A stretch of 64,000 nt of DNA from Gammaproteobacteria bacterium (GCA_965248145.1 OZ252091.1:3425291-3489290), one strand, 5' to 3'; positions 10,069 through 20,159 are shown, counted from the first letter of the stretch. The notes: a model not told the origin generated them from the letters alone. Numbers and translations: made by a program.

Positions 10069-10608
10069 ATGAATGATTCAAACAAAATCGATCAGTTGTC
10101 AAAACGACTGGAAAGGTTGGAAGCCATGGAGGAAATCAGACATCTTAAGCAACGTTCCGCGGTCGCTGCCGACCCCCAGATGGATATCGACATGTTCGTC
10201 GACCTGTATACGGAAGACGGGGTAATGGAATTTACCAACTGGGACACGGTATTGCGGGGGCGCGATGAAATCCGCGCATTCCTGGAAATCAATCCGTTCA
10301 CCTGGATGTTTCACTGTCTGATACCCATAAGAATAGAGGTTGCCGATGATTGCCAATCGGCCACGGCGCGCTGGTACCTGTTCGAGGCCGCCACGGTGCA
10401 TAACTCAAGAACGAAAGAGTATGACCCGGTCTGGGTCGCCGGTTTCTACGATGACAAAATGATCAGGATCGATGGTGAATGGAAACTGACCCATACGGCG
10501 CTTACCCAACAGATCCTGTGCAACTATGAGGAAGGCTGGGGAAAGACGCGGGTCAGTATGGATGAAGACTGGCTGAAGCCGGTCGAGGATTTAAAACAAA
10601 ACCTGTAG
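10069..10608 (+). CDS. NTF2/SnoaL (BaiE-like) protein
   Basis: LEA.EEIR.LK, G.YDD...RIDGEWK. Confidence 0.8.
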   Translation: MNDSNKIDQLSKRLERLEAMEEIRHLKQRSAVAADPQMDIDMFVDLYTEDGVMEFTNWDTVLRGRDEIRAFLEINPFTWMFHCLIPIRIEVADDCQSATARWYLFEAATVHNSRTKEYDPVWVAGFYDDKMIRIDGEWKLTHTALTQQILCNYEEGWGKTRVSMDEDWLKPVEDLKQNL

Positions 10609-10620
10609 AACAACAGGTTA

Positions 10621-10926
10621 TTATGTTTCGGAACGCCTTGCTGGAACAAAATCTATTTTCAGCTTGTAACCCATTGCTTCAGCATAATCTGTAATGGTGG
10701 ATAGCTTTGGAGAAATATTAGAATTAACGCTCTCCAAACGAGAAATATTGCTTTTGCTGGTATGGAGTTTTTCTGCTATTTGTTCTTGCGTATAGCCGGC
10801 TTTTTGACGCAAGGCAATGAGTTTTTTGCGAACTTCATAAGCGGGAGCAAGTTCAGCATACGCTTCTTTTACTCCTTTTTTCTTAAACGCTTCTGTTTTG
10901 AATGATTTGAACGTTGGTCTTGCCAT
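10621..10926 (-). CDS. higA: XRE-HTH antitoxin (HigA type)
   Basis: TQEQIAEKLHTSKSNISRLES HTH; downstream of a RelE-type toxin. Confidence 0.85.
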   Translation of the reverse strand: MARPTFKSFKTEAFKKKGVKEAYAELAPAYEVRKKLIALRQKAGYTQEQIAEKLHTSKSNISRLESVNSNISPKLSTITDYAEAMGYKLKIDFVPARRSET

Positions 10927-10927
10927 T

Positions 10928-11245
10928 TTAAATTTCCTTCATACGTTTGCGGGCTATATCGATCTCTTTCTTAGGAGTCTTTTGCGTTTTCTTTATAAAG
11001 GAATTCAGGATAATTATTTCTTTACCTTTGACAGTACAAAACAGGGAGCGACCTATACCTTCTTTGCCTCTTGCCCTTATTTCGAAAAGACCATGACCCA
11101 TTGAAGCCGTATATGGTTTTCCTGCATTTGGACCAAATTCTTCAACAATTTCCAGGATGTGGAGAAAGTTGGACAATATCCCATCAGGGAAGTTTAATGT
11201 CTCCTCCTTAACCTTGAGATTGAAAAATGTGACCTTCCATGGCAT
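10928..11245 (-). CDS. higB: RelE/ParE-family toxin (HigB type)
   Basis: GLFEIRARGKEGIGR and FIKKTQKTP.KEI..AR.R. Confidence 0.88.
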   Translation of the reverse strand: MPWKVTFFNLKVKEETLNFPDGILSNFLHILEIVEEFGPNAGKPYTASMGHGLFEIRARGKEGIGRSLFCTVKGKEIIILNSFIKKTQKTPKKEIDIARKRMKEI

Positions 11246-11251
11246 TTGAGA

Positions 11252-11279
11252 AGATTATCATAAATGATAACTGTGTCAA
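11252..11279 (-). promoter_or_regulatory. sigma70 promoter with palindromic operator; likely leaderless higBA transcript
   Basis: TTGACA-16-TAATCT with extended TG; TTATCA-N4-TGATAA palindrome in the spacer; ATG 6 nt after the -10. Confidence 0.65.
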
Positions 11280-11389
11280 GAGATACTACGGCCAAAGCAG
11301 ATAAATAACCTTATCCATAGCGCAAAGTTTGTGCTGGCGAATGCCGATAATGCGGCGCGATCTTCGTATCTTTTTGTGAGACATACAGG

Positions 11390-12148
11390 TCATGGACTCC
11401 CGCCTCCGTCCAGTACCAGTCCGACGCCGTTGACGTAGGACGCGGCATCAGAAGCCAGCCATAGCACGGCCTCGGCGATGTCTTCCTGGCTGCATAGCCG
11501 GCCTACGGGTAACTGTTGGGCAAAACTATTTTTGATCTCCTCATTACCGCCTGTCATGCGGTCCAGGATGGGCGCATCTACCGCGCCGGGGCACACGGCG
11601 TTAATCCTGATACCGGCGCTGATGTATTCCATGGCTGCCGCCTTGGTCAAACCCATGACCCCGTGGGCCGCGGCACAGTACGCGGCGTAGGTAGGAAAAC
11701 CGATCAAACCCCAGTTGCCTGCCATATTGACAATCGACCCGCCACCGGTTTCAAGCATGGCGGGTATCTGGCATTTCATCCCGCGCCACACACCGTTCAA
11801 TTTGGTATTGATCATATCTGACCAATCCTCTTCAGATTCGTCAGCAGCCTTTTTCCCGGTGCCAGCCAAGCCCGCATTATTGAAGGCCACATTCAATCCG
11901 CCGAATTCTTCGACAGTCCTGTCTACCGCATTTTTCAAGGCACTCAGTTCAGTGACATCCGTTTTCACGAACAGACCGTTGCCATCCATTGCCTCAATGG
12001 AACGCACCACCTCGTTGCCGTTGTCCACATTGCGGCCACTGATTACCACGTTGGCGCCTTCCTGCGCAAACCGCAACGCCGTAGTCCTGCCGATACCGCT
12101 GGTAGCCCCCAGTATCAATACTGTCTTGCCTGGAAATCGTTTATACAT
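11390..12148 (-). CDS. Short-chain dehydrogenase/reductase
   Basis: GATSGIG, NNAG, NAVCPG; catalytic YxxxK appears as YCAAAH; start taken at MYKRF. Confidence 0.9.
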   Translation of the reverse strand: MYKRFPGKTVLILGATSGIGRTTALRFAQEGANVVISGRNVDNGNEVVRSIEAMDGNGLFVKTDVTELSALKNAVDRTVEEFGGLNVAFNNAGLAGTGKKAADESEEDWSDMINTKLNGVWRGMKCQIPAMLETGGGSIVNMAGNWGLIGFPTYAAYCAAAHGVMGLTKAAAMEYISAGIRINAVCPGAVDAPILDRMTGGNEEIKNSFAQQLPVGRLCSQEDIAEAVLWLASDAASYVNGVGLVLDGGGSP

Positions 12149-12277
12149 AGTATTTTCCTCCAAGAAACTTAGCTCCCCATCCGTCATTCCAGCAAATGCC
12201 GACAAAAAAGGGGGTCTGACCCTCTTTTTCGATAGTATACTGTGAAAATCAAAACTCAACTTTTTCGGGAAACAATC

Positions 12278-13285
12278 ATGATGAGAAACAACATCCGGCG
12301 TCTGGGTATATTTGCGATAAGTTGCTGTTGTCTTGCAGCAAACGTGTCTTACTCCGATGACAACTCAAGCAAAAAATGGTGGCCGTCGGAATGGGGGGCG
12401 GATGATCAACTGGGCACGCTGAATCGATTAACGCCGGCCAAGGTGCTGGCTGCGGCGAGCCTGATAAAGCAGGGGAAAATTTATGACATGGGTCGGGTGT
12501 TCGAGGAGGACATGCCTTTGTTCGACCTGACGCCGCAACATCGCAAATACTCGTTGACTGTCGCGGGCGCCCCTTCCTGGGGTCCTATGGGTGAAAACAG
12601 GCTGGTCTGGAGTGAAGATTATATCTCAGGACATATCACTCAGGACGGGACGCAATTTGACTCACTCAGCCACATGGCGACGGTCACAGGCAAACCGGGG
12701 GATTTGAACGAGGTACGTTATTACAACGGTCACAGCCATGCCGACATCGGCACCGGGCGCGGCTTCAGCAAACTCGGTGTAGAACACGTTGTACCCATAT
12801 TTACCCGCGGCGTATTAATCGACGTTGCCGGATTGAAGGGACGTATGCTGGAATGTACCGAAGAAGTCACGCTTACCGACCTGAAAGCGGCATTGAAAAA
12901 ACAGGGGCTGGACGAAGATTCCATCCAACCCGGCGACGCCCTGTTCTATTACACCGGCTGGGGAACCCTATGGAAAACCAACAATAAAAAGTTCAATCAT
13001 TGTGTGCCGGGACTGACGGACAAAGCTGGTGACTGGGTGGTAGAGAAAAAAGTTCTGCTGGTGGGGACCGACAACTGGGGAGTTGAATCCTTGCCCGGGC
13101 CTGACCCGGCGCAGTTTGCACGGAACCACCAGAAATTCCTGGTGGAAAATGGTATCTATATTATGGAAAATATCGATTTCAGCGCCTTGCTGCAAGACAA
13201 GGTCTACGAATTTGCCTTTGTATTCGGCGCTATCCGTTTCAAGGGCGCAACCGGTTCTCCGGCCCGTCCTTTTGCCATCAGATAA
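12278..13285 (+). CDS. Cyclase (kynurenine formamidase-like) family protein with signal peptide
   Basis: WGADDQLGTLN, GTQFDSLSH, GTDNWGVE, GATGSP. Confidence 0.85.
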   Translation: MMRNNIRRLGIFAISCCCLAANVSYSDDNSSKKWWPSEWGADDQLGTLNRLTPAKVLAAASLIKQGKIYDMGRVFEEDMPLFDLTPQHRKYSLTVAGAPSWGPMGENRLVWSEDYISGHITQDGTQFDSLSHMATVTGKPGDLNEVRYYNGHSHADIGTGRGFSKLGVEHVVPIFTRGVLIDVAGLKGRMLECTEEVTLTDLKAALKKQGLDEDSIQPGDALFYYTGWGTLWKTNNKKFNHCVPGLTDKAGDWVVEKKVLLVGTDNWGVESLPGPDPAQFARNHQKFLVENGIYIMENIDFSALLQDKVYEFAFVFGAIRFKGATGSPARPFAIR

Positions 13286-13356
13286 CTTCACTGATATCGG
13301 GAATACCAGACTCAATACAACCGGGGAGTTATTGCAAAGAATTTAACCTGACAAGG

Positions 13357-14253
13357 TCATTGGATGGTAACGGATACGGTGAATACCCTGTCCTCAAACC
13401 CGGAATATTCCGCCGTATAACGCCTGCCCTGTTCTGCTCTCACCGGTCCGCCGATGGCGCCCAGGCTGATCAGTTGTCCTGGTTTCAGTGTCTCTTTTCT
13501 CAGGGCTAATTCTTTCTGCAAATATAAGACGGAATTCAACGGATGACCCAGAATTTGACTGCCCCGACCCTCGCGGATGACCTCTCCTGTATCGGTTGAC
13601 ATCCGAAAAGTCATGGCCGGGAGATACTCGACCAGTTCTTGCGCATTAACCACACTTACGGGCGCGCCGGTCACACCCCACCTGGCCCCTACATTGCCGG
13701 CCAACAATAACGCGGCCGCGTTGTTGCTGTCACGCCGGAACAGTGCATCAGGTAATTCAATGAACGGAATGAGCGCATCGATATGCCTGGCAACATCTTC
13801 AATTGAGGTTGCCTGGTTGATTCCGGCAGATTTTACCCGTACCAGCAGGTCCAGCTCCACCAGCAACGAGGTGCCGGAATCCTGTGCGATAACCGCGCCG
13901 TCCGGCAATAACATTTCCCTGAACAACACACCGACCATGGGCTGGTCGATGGCAAACATTTCCTGTGCTTTCCTGTCTGTGAGTCCGACCTTATAACCGG
14001 CATGATGATAATGACCGGCCATGTGATCGGCCAGGCTCACCTGGGCGGCGCGTGCATCCTCCAGGTTGTCGATAAGCTGGTGGTAACACTGGTTGAGTAA
14101 TCCCCGGCTTTCGTAGACCTGCATATAATGTTCGACGAAACCATCAAGCGTACAACCCGGGCTTGCCAGGAGTGGATAATACGGAACCGACACCAAGGCA
14201 AGCAGAATGAATTTGACCATGTAATTTGTTACTTTCATAAACAGCCGTCTCAT
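13357..14253 (-). CDS. 2-keto-4-pentenoate hydratase/FAH family protein with signal-like N-terminus
   Basis: GYKVGLT, P.VG.L, ELPD, ILGHPLNSV, G.LISLG. Confidence 0.8.
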   Translation of the reverse strand: MRRLFMKVTNYMVKFILLALVSVPYYPLLASPGCTLDGFVEHYMQVYESRGLLNQCYHQLIDNLEDARAAQVSLADHMAGHYHHAGYKVGLTDRKAQEMFAIDQPMVGVLFREMLLPDGAVIAQDSGTSLLVELDLLVRVKSAGINQATSIEDVARHIDALIPFIELPDALFRRDSNNAAALLLAGNVGARWGVTGAPVSVVNAQELVEYLPAMTFRMSTDTGEVIREGRGSQILGHPLNSVLYLQKELALRKETLKPGQLISLGAIGGPVRAEQGRRYTAEYSGFEDRVFTVSVTIQ

Positions 14254-14331
14254 GAAACATGTTGAATCAATATGTCGGACGGAGAAACTCCGATTGGGAT
14301 ATAATAAGTCGAATTTTATATACTTGAAACA

Positions 14332-15186
14332 ATGAAGGCTGATTTAGTTTATACCTGCACTTTCCCCAGGGCGCTTCTTCGTTTTTTTGTCTTTACAATC
14401 ATTGCGCATGGCTTGATCTGGGCTCACCCTGCCCATGCCGGAGATATAGAACCACCAAAAATCAGTGGCGTATGGACAAACGCACTGCTTTCCCCTGAAG
14501 ATGAGCGCTGGCGAATAGTGGATATTGCCTGTGCCCGCGGCGGCTGTTCATTAACGGGTTTCACCTACCTGCAAGGCCTGTTGAACGATGAAAAAAATGC
14601 GGACCGTTCCGTAAAAGAACTCTATTTTGATATGGGGGATTATGAAAAAGAGCAAAACAAGAATTTGCTGACGCCCCTGGGTCAAAAAAAGCAGGCTGAA
14701 TATAAACCATCCGAAGGCGCCGCGCTGGATTGCACCCCGGAGGGAGATAGTTTACGACACCAGATGCTCGCCCCCCTGCCTATGGAAATTGAACAACTGG
14801 AAGACAGGGTGATTTTCCGTTATGAATACTGGAACGCGGTACGAACGGTATACCTGGATGGCCGCGCTTATCCGGAAGGGAACCCCGCTACACGCCTGGG
14901 ACATTCAGTCGGCCATTATGAAGGCCCAACGCTGGTAGTGAAAACGACCCACGTCATTCCGAACGTGACCAGCGTACCGGGCGGCGGCGCCTTTGCCCCC
15001 GCCCCGGATGCTATCTTTGAAGAACGCTATACCCATAATGCCGATAATAGCAGGTTGGATCTTGAGCTGACGATAATAGACCCGGTACATTTTCGAAAAC
15101 CCTACGGAAACCAGCGATCTTTTTTGCCCGCGCCGGACTGGGAACTGGACGAGTTTGTCTGTGAAGCGATTACCGGTGAATATTGA
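14332..15186 (+). CDS. Exported hypothetical protein (DUF6152-neighbour type)
   Basis: Signal peptide ending AHA; C.P.G, R.VYLDGR, LGHSVGHYEG.TLVV.T and E.F.CE motifs. Confidence 0.7.
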   Translation: MKADLVYTCTFPRALLRFFVFTIIAHGLIWAHPAHAGDIEPPKISGVWTNALLSPEDERWRIVDIACARGGCSLTGFTYLQGLLNDEKNADRSVKELYFDMGDYEKEQNKNLLTPLGQKKQAEYKPSEGAALDCTPEGDSLRHQMLAPLPMEIEQLEDRVIFRYEYWNAVRTVYLDGRAYPEGNPATRLGHSVGHYEGPTLVVKTTHVIPNVTSVPGGGAFAPAPDAIFEERYTHNADNSRLDLELTIIDPVHFRKPYGNQRSFLPAPDWELDEFVCEAITGEY

Positions 15187-15197
15187 GGATATAAACT

Positions 15198-15638
15198 ATG
15201 CTTAAACGACTGGCAACATTATTCATTGCAGGACTACTCTGCTCCCTGCCCTCCTACGCCCACCACAGCCCCGCGTCACATTATGATATGGACCTTATGG
15301 TCACCGTGAAGGGTGTGGTTACCCAATTCAGGTTGATCAACCCCCATGCACGTATCTATTTTGACGTTGCCGGCGACGATGGCGAGGTTCAAAAATGGCT
15401 GGCCGAAGGCAATGCTTCAGGCATTTTAAAACGGCACGGCTGGAAACGGGATTTCCTGAAACCGGGTGATGTGATCAACATATCCGGCAACCCGGCCAAA
15501 GACGGCAGTCATAAAATGGACTGGAAGCTGATCGTCCTCGAGGATGGGACTGAGCTTCGTGGCGGCAATACCCTCGCCGCCGAGCGTGAACGGCAACTGG
15601 ACGAACTGGAAACACGCCGCCGCAGACAAGAACAATAA
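15198..15638 (+). CDS. DUF6152-type exported protein
   Basis: Signal peptide followed by AHHS...YD; NPH, W..EG, GW....LKPGD. Confidence 0.8.
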   Translation: MLKRLATLFIAGLLCSLPSYAHHSPASHYDMDLMVTVKGVVTQFRLINPHARIYFDVAGDDGEVQKWLAEGNASGILKRHGWKRDFLKPGDVINISGNPAKDGSHKMDWKLIVLEDGTELRGGNTLAAERERQLDELETRRRRQEQ

Positions 15639-15703
15639 CCGGCTTACCTTTCAACCTGCCGCGTTTCTCCTGACGGCGGGTTGCAACACAGTAAATCACA
15701 GGA

Positions 15704-17074
15704 ATGAAAACCAAGTCAGTCATGCTGTTTGCAGCGCCCCTGTCAGCCGTTCTGCTGTTTTTCCTGCTGCGCTACTTTGATATTGAATACGTGATTGCCA
15801 TGACGGCGGCAATCACCTGGTTGACCGCATCCTGGTGGATTACGGAGGCCATACCGATACCGGCGGCATCGTTGATCCCGTTTTTTGCATTTCCATTGAC
15901 CAACGTCCTGTCACACAAGGAAGCGGCAGCGGGCCTGGGCAGCCCGGTGATTCTGTTGTTAATGGGTGGTTTCATGCTGGCGAAATCCCTGGAAAAATCG
16001 GGTGTACATAAACGGTTTGCCCTGGCGATCCTGAATATGGTCGGCGGCAGGGGAAAACGAATCGTATTTGCTTTCATGTTGACTGCGGCGCTGTTGTCCA
16101 TGTGGATCAGTAATACGGCCACAACGTTGATATTGATCCCCATTGCCCTGGCGGTGCTTAAACGCGTGGATGACAAGGAGCTGTCGGTGGCCGTCGTACT
16201 CGGGCTTGCCCACTCAGCTTCCTTAGGCGGCGTCGCAACCCTGATAGGGACGCCCCCCAATATCATATTTGCAGGGATCTACTCTGAGTTTACCGGCATG
16301 GACTACACCTTTGTAAACTGGATGAAAACGGGTCTGCCCGTGGTCATATTGGGCTTGCCTCTGATGGCTTTATGGTTGACCCGTAACGTCAAGTGGAAAG
16401 AAACCCTGAGTCTCCCCGCAGCCGAAGCATGGCGCGTGAATGAAGTGCGCGTGCTGGTGGTGTTTGGGATAACCGTACTACTATGGATAACGCGCGCAGA
16501 ACCTTTTGGCGGTTGGTCGGGACTGCTGGGGACACCGGACGTGGGGGATGCCACTGTGGCGCTGGCGGCCGTGGTAGCCATGTTCTTGTTTCCATCCGGT
16601 CAGGGTGACCGGTTGCTCGACTGGAAGACCGCGGTGGATATTCCCTGGGGCATGTTACTGCTCTTCGCCAGTGGCATTACCATTGCCAAAGCTTTTTCAT
16701 CCAGTGGTCTGGCTGAGTTGATCGCTCAACAATTAACGATACTGGCGACGTTTCCCGTCCCCCTGCTCATCCTGTGTATCTGTTTGGGTGTGACTTTTTT
16801 AACGGAGATTACCTCCAATACGGCAACGACCACGTTGCTGATGCCCATCTTCGCGGCAACGGCGATAGCCGTAGGCGTAAGCCCCGAGTTGATGATGATC
16901 CCGGCGGCCATGTCGGCATCCTGCGCTTTCATGCTCCCCGTTGCCACCGTACCCAATGCGATTGTATTCGGAACCGGCCATGTGACCATACAGGAAATGG
17001 TGAAGGGGGGAACAGTGCTGAATTTTATACTGGCGTTTGTTATTACTTTTGTTTGTTATCTAACACTAACCTGA
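15704..17074 (+). CDS. SLC13/DASS sodium:dicarboxylate or sulfate symporter
   Basis: SMWISNTAT, IGTPPN, TEITSNTAT, AFMLPVATVPNAI. Confidence 0.92.
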   Translation: MKTKSVMLFAAPLSAVLLFFLLRYFDIEYVIAMTAAITWLTASWWITEAIPIPAASLIPFFAFPLTNVLSHKEAAAGLGSPVILLLMGGFMLAKSLEKSGVHKRFALAILNMVGGRGKRIVFAFMLTAALLSMWISNTATTLILIPIALAVLKRVDDKELSVAVVLGLAHSASLGGVATLIGTPPNIIFAGIYSEFTGMDYTFVNWMKTGLPVVILGLPLMALWLTRNVKWKETLSLPAAEAWRVNEVRVLVVFGITVLLWITRAEPFGGWSGLLGTPDVGDATVALAAVVAMFLFPSGQGDRLLDWKTAVDIPWGMLLLFASGITIAKAFSSSGLAELIAQQLTILATFPVPLLILCICLGVTFLTEITSNTATTTLLMPIFAATAIAVGVSPELMMIPAAMSASCAFMLPVATVPNAIVFGTGHVTIQEMVKGGTVLNFILAFVITFVCYLTLT

Positions 17075-17113
17075 GTTTTTATCTGTGTTTATCTGCGTCA
17101 TCTGCGGATACTC

Positions 17114-17659
17114 TTACTCCAACAACATCCGTTTGAGTGTGTTGTCCCTGTTGATTAAATGATGTTTCAAGGCAGCGCCTGCATGTCCCGCAACCAGCAA
17201 CAGGGTGGCGTACGCCAGGTAATAATGGACGGCTATGGCAAGCTCCCTGAGCGCCTCATCCACGTCCACAACGGCGGGTATTGCAAACCAGTTGAACAAT
17301 TGGATGGGTTTCCCCGCGGAAGTGGAAATCAGGTAACCGGTGACGGGGATCAATAACATCATGCCCCATAGAACGTAGTGCATGAATTTTGCCCCGGCCT
17401 TTTCCCAGGTTTTCAAATCAGGTAATGGGTCCGGGGCGGGCGTATGGCACTGCCAGCCGATTTTCACCAACGCCAGCGCCAATACCAGGATGCCCAGCGA
17501 CTTATGGTAATGCAACGAGTCGTTATACCACTTGTCATAGTAGGTCAGGTCCACCATGTACCAACCCAGCCAGATCAGGCCGAGGATGAGGACGGCGATG
17601 GACCAGTGCAGTAATTTACTGAGCAGACCGAACCGATCCGGAGCGTTTTTGATCAACAT
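17114..17659 (-). CDS. Cytochrome b561 (YceJ-like)
   Basis: LHW, HKSLG, and H...ALKHH heme ligands; adjacent to yceI. Confidence 0.9.
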   Translation of the reverse strand: MLIKNAPDRFGLLSKLLHWSIAVLILGLIWLGWYMVDLTYYDKWYNDSLHYHKSLGILVLALALVKIGWQCHTPAPDPLPDLKTWEKAGAKFMHYVLWGMMLLIPVTGYLISTSAGKPIQLFNWFAIPAVVDVDEALRELAIAVHYYLAYATLLLVAGHAGAALKHHLINRDNTLKRMLLE

Positions 17660-17674
17660 GAATCAGCCCTGGTT

Positions 17675-17771
17675 CGTCATTCCAGCGAATGCTGGAATCC
17701 AGTCGAAGAAATGATCCCTTATAGTATAAGGCAGGTTTGTTAACTGGATTCCGGCATCCGCCGGAATGACG
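17675..17771. repeat. CGTCATTCC...GGAATCCAG-type palindromic intergenic repeat (related copies ~12182, ~31973, ~55347-55399)
   Basis: CGTCATTCCAGCGAATGCTGGAATCCAG ... CTGGATTCCGGCATCCGCCGGAATGACG. Confidence 0.75.
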
Positions 17772-17835
17772 TGGCACGGATTCAAAGGTATGCGATTCAC
17801 CTGTTCCGTCTTCTGTCTCAAGGTGCTCAGCGCTG

Positions 17836-18426
17836 CTAATTCCTGACACCTTCAATATACAGGTCCAAATCCATCGTCTCTGACCTGGGGCCGAGCTCGT
17901 AGGTCATGCCGAAATCCGCACGACGAATAGTCACACTACCCTCAAAACCGGCGCGATAACCACCCCACGGATCATCTCCTTCGCCAATGAACTTCATGGC
18001 TATCGTGATCGGCTTGCTGACGTCATGCAAGGTCAATATCCCTTCCAGTTCGCCGCCACTGGCATCACCGTTGTATTTCGTACTCTTGAACGTCGCCTCC
18101 GGGTATTTTTCCACGTCAAGAAAATCCGCTTCCCTGATGTGTTTGTCCCGTTCGGCATGATTCGAATCGATACTGGCTGTTTTAATCGTCACATTAACCG
18201 ATGAAGCCCCCGGGTTGTCTTTATCCCAGTTGAACGTACCACTGAAATCATTAAAGCGACCGGTTAACACGCTGTACCCCAGGTGGTTAATCCTGAATTG
18301 GATAGACGCGTGCATCCCCGTGATGTCGATATCGTACTCAGCCGCGGCAACGCTTCGAGGCACGGTGTTGACAACGGTTAACGTAGAAGAAAGCAAAGCG
18401 ATATACAGGATGCGTTTTAATGTCAT
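17836..18426 (-). CDS. yceI: YceI family periplasmic polyisoprenoid-binding protein
   Basis: HASIQF.INHLGYS, SIDSNHAERDKH, DPWGGYRAGF. Confidence 0.92.
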   Translation of the reverse strand: MTLKRILYIALLSSTLTVVNTVPRSVAAAEYDIDITGMHASIQFRINHLGYSVLTGRFNDFSGTFNWDKDNPGASSVNVTIKTASIDSNHAERDKHIREADFLDVEKYPEATFKSTKYNGDASGGELEGILTLHDVSKPITIAMKFIGEGDDPWGGYRAGFEGSVTIRRADFGMTYELGPRSETMDLDLYIEGVRN

Positions 18427-18516
18427 GAAGTGTCTCCTTAAAATACTGGGTCAATTACAGAACTGCTGATTATAAAACAACCGGGGAATAAATATATCCC
18501 AATTCAAAAATCAATG

Positions 18517-18599
18517 ATATTTGGGGTCAGAGTAAAAATACCCAGGAATACACCAGCAACGCCCGCCGGTGACTGTATTTTTACTCTGACCCCAAATAT
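18517..18599. repeat. REP/REPIN-like element copy 2 (right arm supplies the GMC stop codon)
   Basis: ATATTTGGGGTCAGAGTAAAAATAC-spacer-GTATTTTTACTCTGACCCCAAATAT. Confidence 0.9.
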
Positions 18600-20158
18600 T
18601 CGTCCCAGTGCTCAGCAATATGCCGGGCGGAACGCATGGCCAGCGCGTGGGCCATAAAGGTGGAGTTCACACTGGAGCTGGTGGGAAAGACGCTGGGGCC
18701 GCCGATGATCACGTTGGGGACATCGTGCAACTGCGCGTACTCATTGGTCACGGAGGCCGCCTTGCTCTCCCCCATGATCGTCCCGCCCATGATATGTTGT
18801 CCTCCAGGCGGACTATGCCACGCCTCGGTGGCGCCGGCGGCCTTGAAAATTTCCAGACCTTCATCAGCGGTTTGTTGCCAGAGATTCCGGCCATAGTCAT
18901 CCAGGTTAAAGGTAACCCGCGCCATGCGCATGCCGAACTTGTCCTTCTCGTCGGCAAGCTCGATACGGTTGGCCTTATGGGGCAGGCACTCACATACCCC
19001 CACCATGGCGCCGAAGTGACGGCTGCCCCGTTTAACGAACTCATGTAAATCGTCGCCAAACAGGTCGGCCCGGCTCATGGCAATACCCAACAGGTCATTC
19101 GGCTTGGTGCCCAGGCCGATCTCCCATTGCCGGCTGCCGAAGATATCCTTGCTTTTTTCCTTGGCAAACCCATCCTGGTTAAATAACTGGCCGCCGGACA
19201 CGCCCTGGTAGCAACGCGTCTCCTCCTTGAACATCCCGAAAACATTAACGGCCGGGTGGGACATCAGGTAGCGGCCAAGGACACCGCTTGAATTACCCAG
19301 GCCGCCGGCGTGTTGATCGGTAGCCGAGTTTAATAATATGCGGGAATTCTCCACGGTGAACGCAGCGATAACGACGGCGTCCGCCCTTTGTTCGTGACGT
19401 TCACCGTTCCCGTCAAAGTACTCGACCCCCGTGGCTTTAACGCCCTTCCGGTCCGTTAACACACGGGTAACGTAACTATCGGGCTGCATCACGGCCCCGG
19501 CCTTTGTCGCCCTGGGAAAATATTCAACCAGGGGATTGGCAAGCGCGCCGGTAGGACATCCCGCGTCACACCAACTGTCATAAATACAGGCTGGGCGTCC
19601 TTTGTAATCCCGGGATAATATGGCGACCGGAATTGGCGACGTGTGCATGTCCCGGGCGGTGAAGCCTCGCGCCAGGATATCGCCATGCTCGAATACGGGT
19701 AACGGTGGCAACGGATAAGGCGCTCCCGGCGGTCGCCAGATCTCCTTTTCCGCGTCGCCGGACATGCCCACGTCTTCCTGGACCTGGTCATACCAGGGAC
19801 GGATTTGCTCGTATTCCAGCGGCCAGTCCAGCCCCTTGCCGTAGAGCGTCTGCTCCCGCATGTCTTCGGGATGGTACCTGGGCCAGACGGCATAGTGGTG
19901 CAACGCGGCGCCACCATAGCCGTGCCCGGCGTTGAAGTTGTACCAGATACTGTCCCTGCCCTCTTCAAATACGTGGGGGGCGCCCCATTTCAAACGTCTT
20001 GCCCAGATTTGTGAGCTGTATAAATCGGTCAGTTTTCGGCCAGGACCCTTCTCAAGCACGAGAACACTTTTACCCGCCTCGGCAAACATTGCCGCATAGA
20101 CGCTGCCGGCGGCACCGCTGCCTACGATTACCACGTCCACTTTTTCGGATTTTTTCAT
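18581..20158 (-). CDS. GMC oxidoreductase flavoprotein (gluconate 2-dehydrogenase-like)
   Basis: GSGAAG FAD motif, C....C..GC cluster, H.MGG..MG; start at MKKSEK. Confidence 0.9.
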   Translation of the reverse strand: MKKSEKVDVVIVGSGAAGSVYAAMFAEAGKSVLVLEKGPGRKLTDLYSSQIWARRLKWGAPHVFEEGRDSIWYNFNAGHGYGGAALHHYAVWPRYHPEDMREQTLYGKGLDWPLEYEQIRPWYDQVQEDVGMSGDAEKEIWRPPGAPYPLPPLPVFEHGDILARGFTARDMHTSPIPVAILSRDYKGRPACIYDSWCDAGCPTGALANPLVEYFPRATKAGAVMQPDSYVTRVLTDRKGVKATGVEYFDGNGERHEQRADAVVIAAFTVENSRILLNSATDQHAGGLGNSSGVLGRYLMSHPAVNVFGMFKEETRCYQGVSGGQLFNQDGFAKEKSKDIFGSRQWEIGLGTKPNDLLGIAMSRADLFGDDLHEFVKRGSRHFGAMVGVCECLPHKANRIELADEKDKFGMRMARVTFNLDDYGRNLWQQTADEGLEIFKAAGATEAWHSPPGGQHIMGGTIMGESKAASVTNEYAQLHDVPNVIIGGPSVFPTSSSVNSTFMAHALAMRSARHIAEHWDEYLGSE

Positions 20159-20159
20159 G

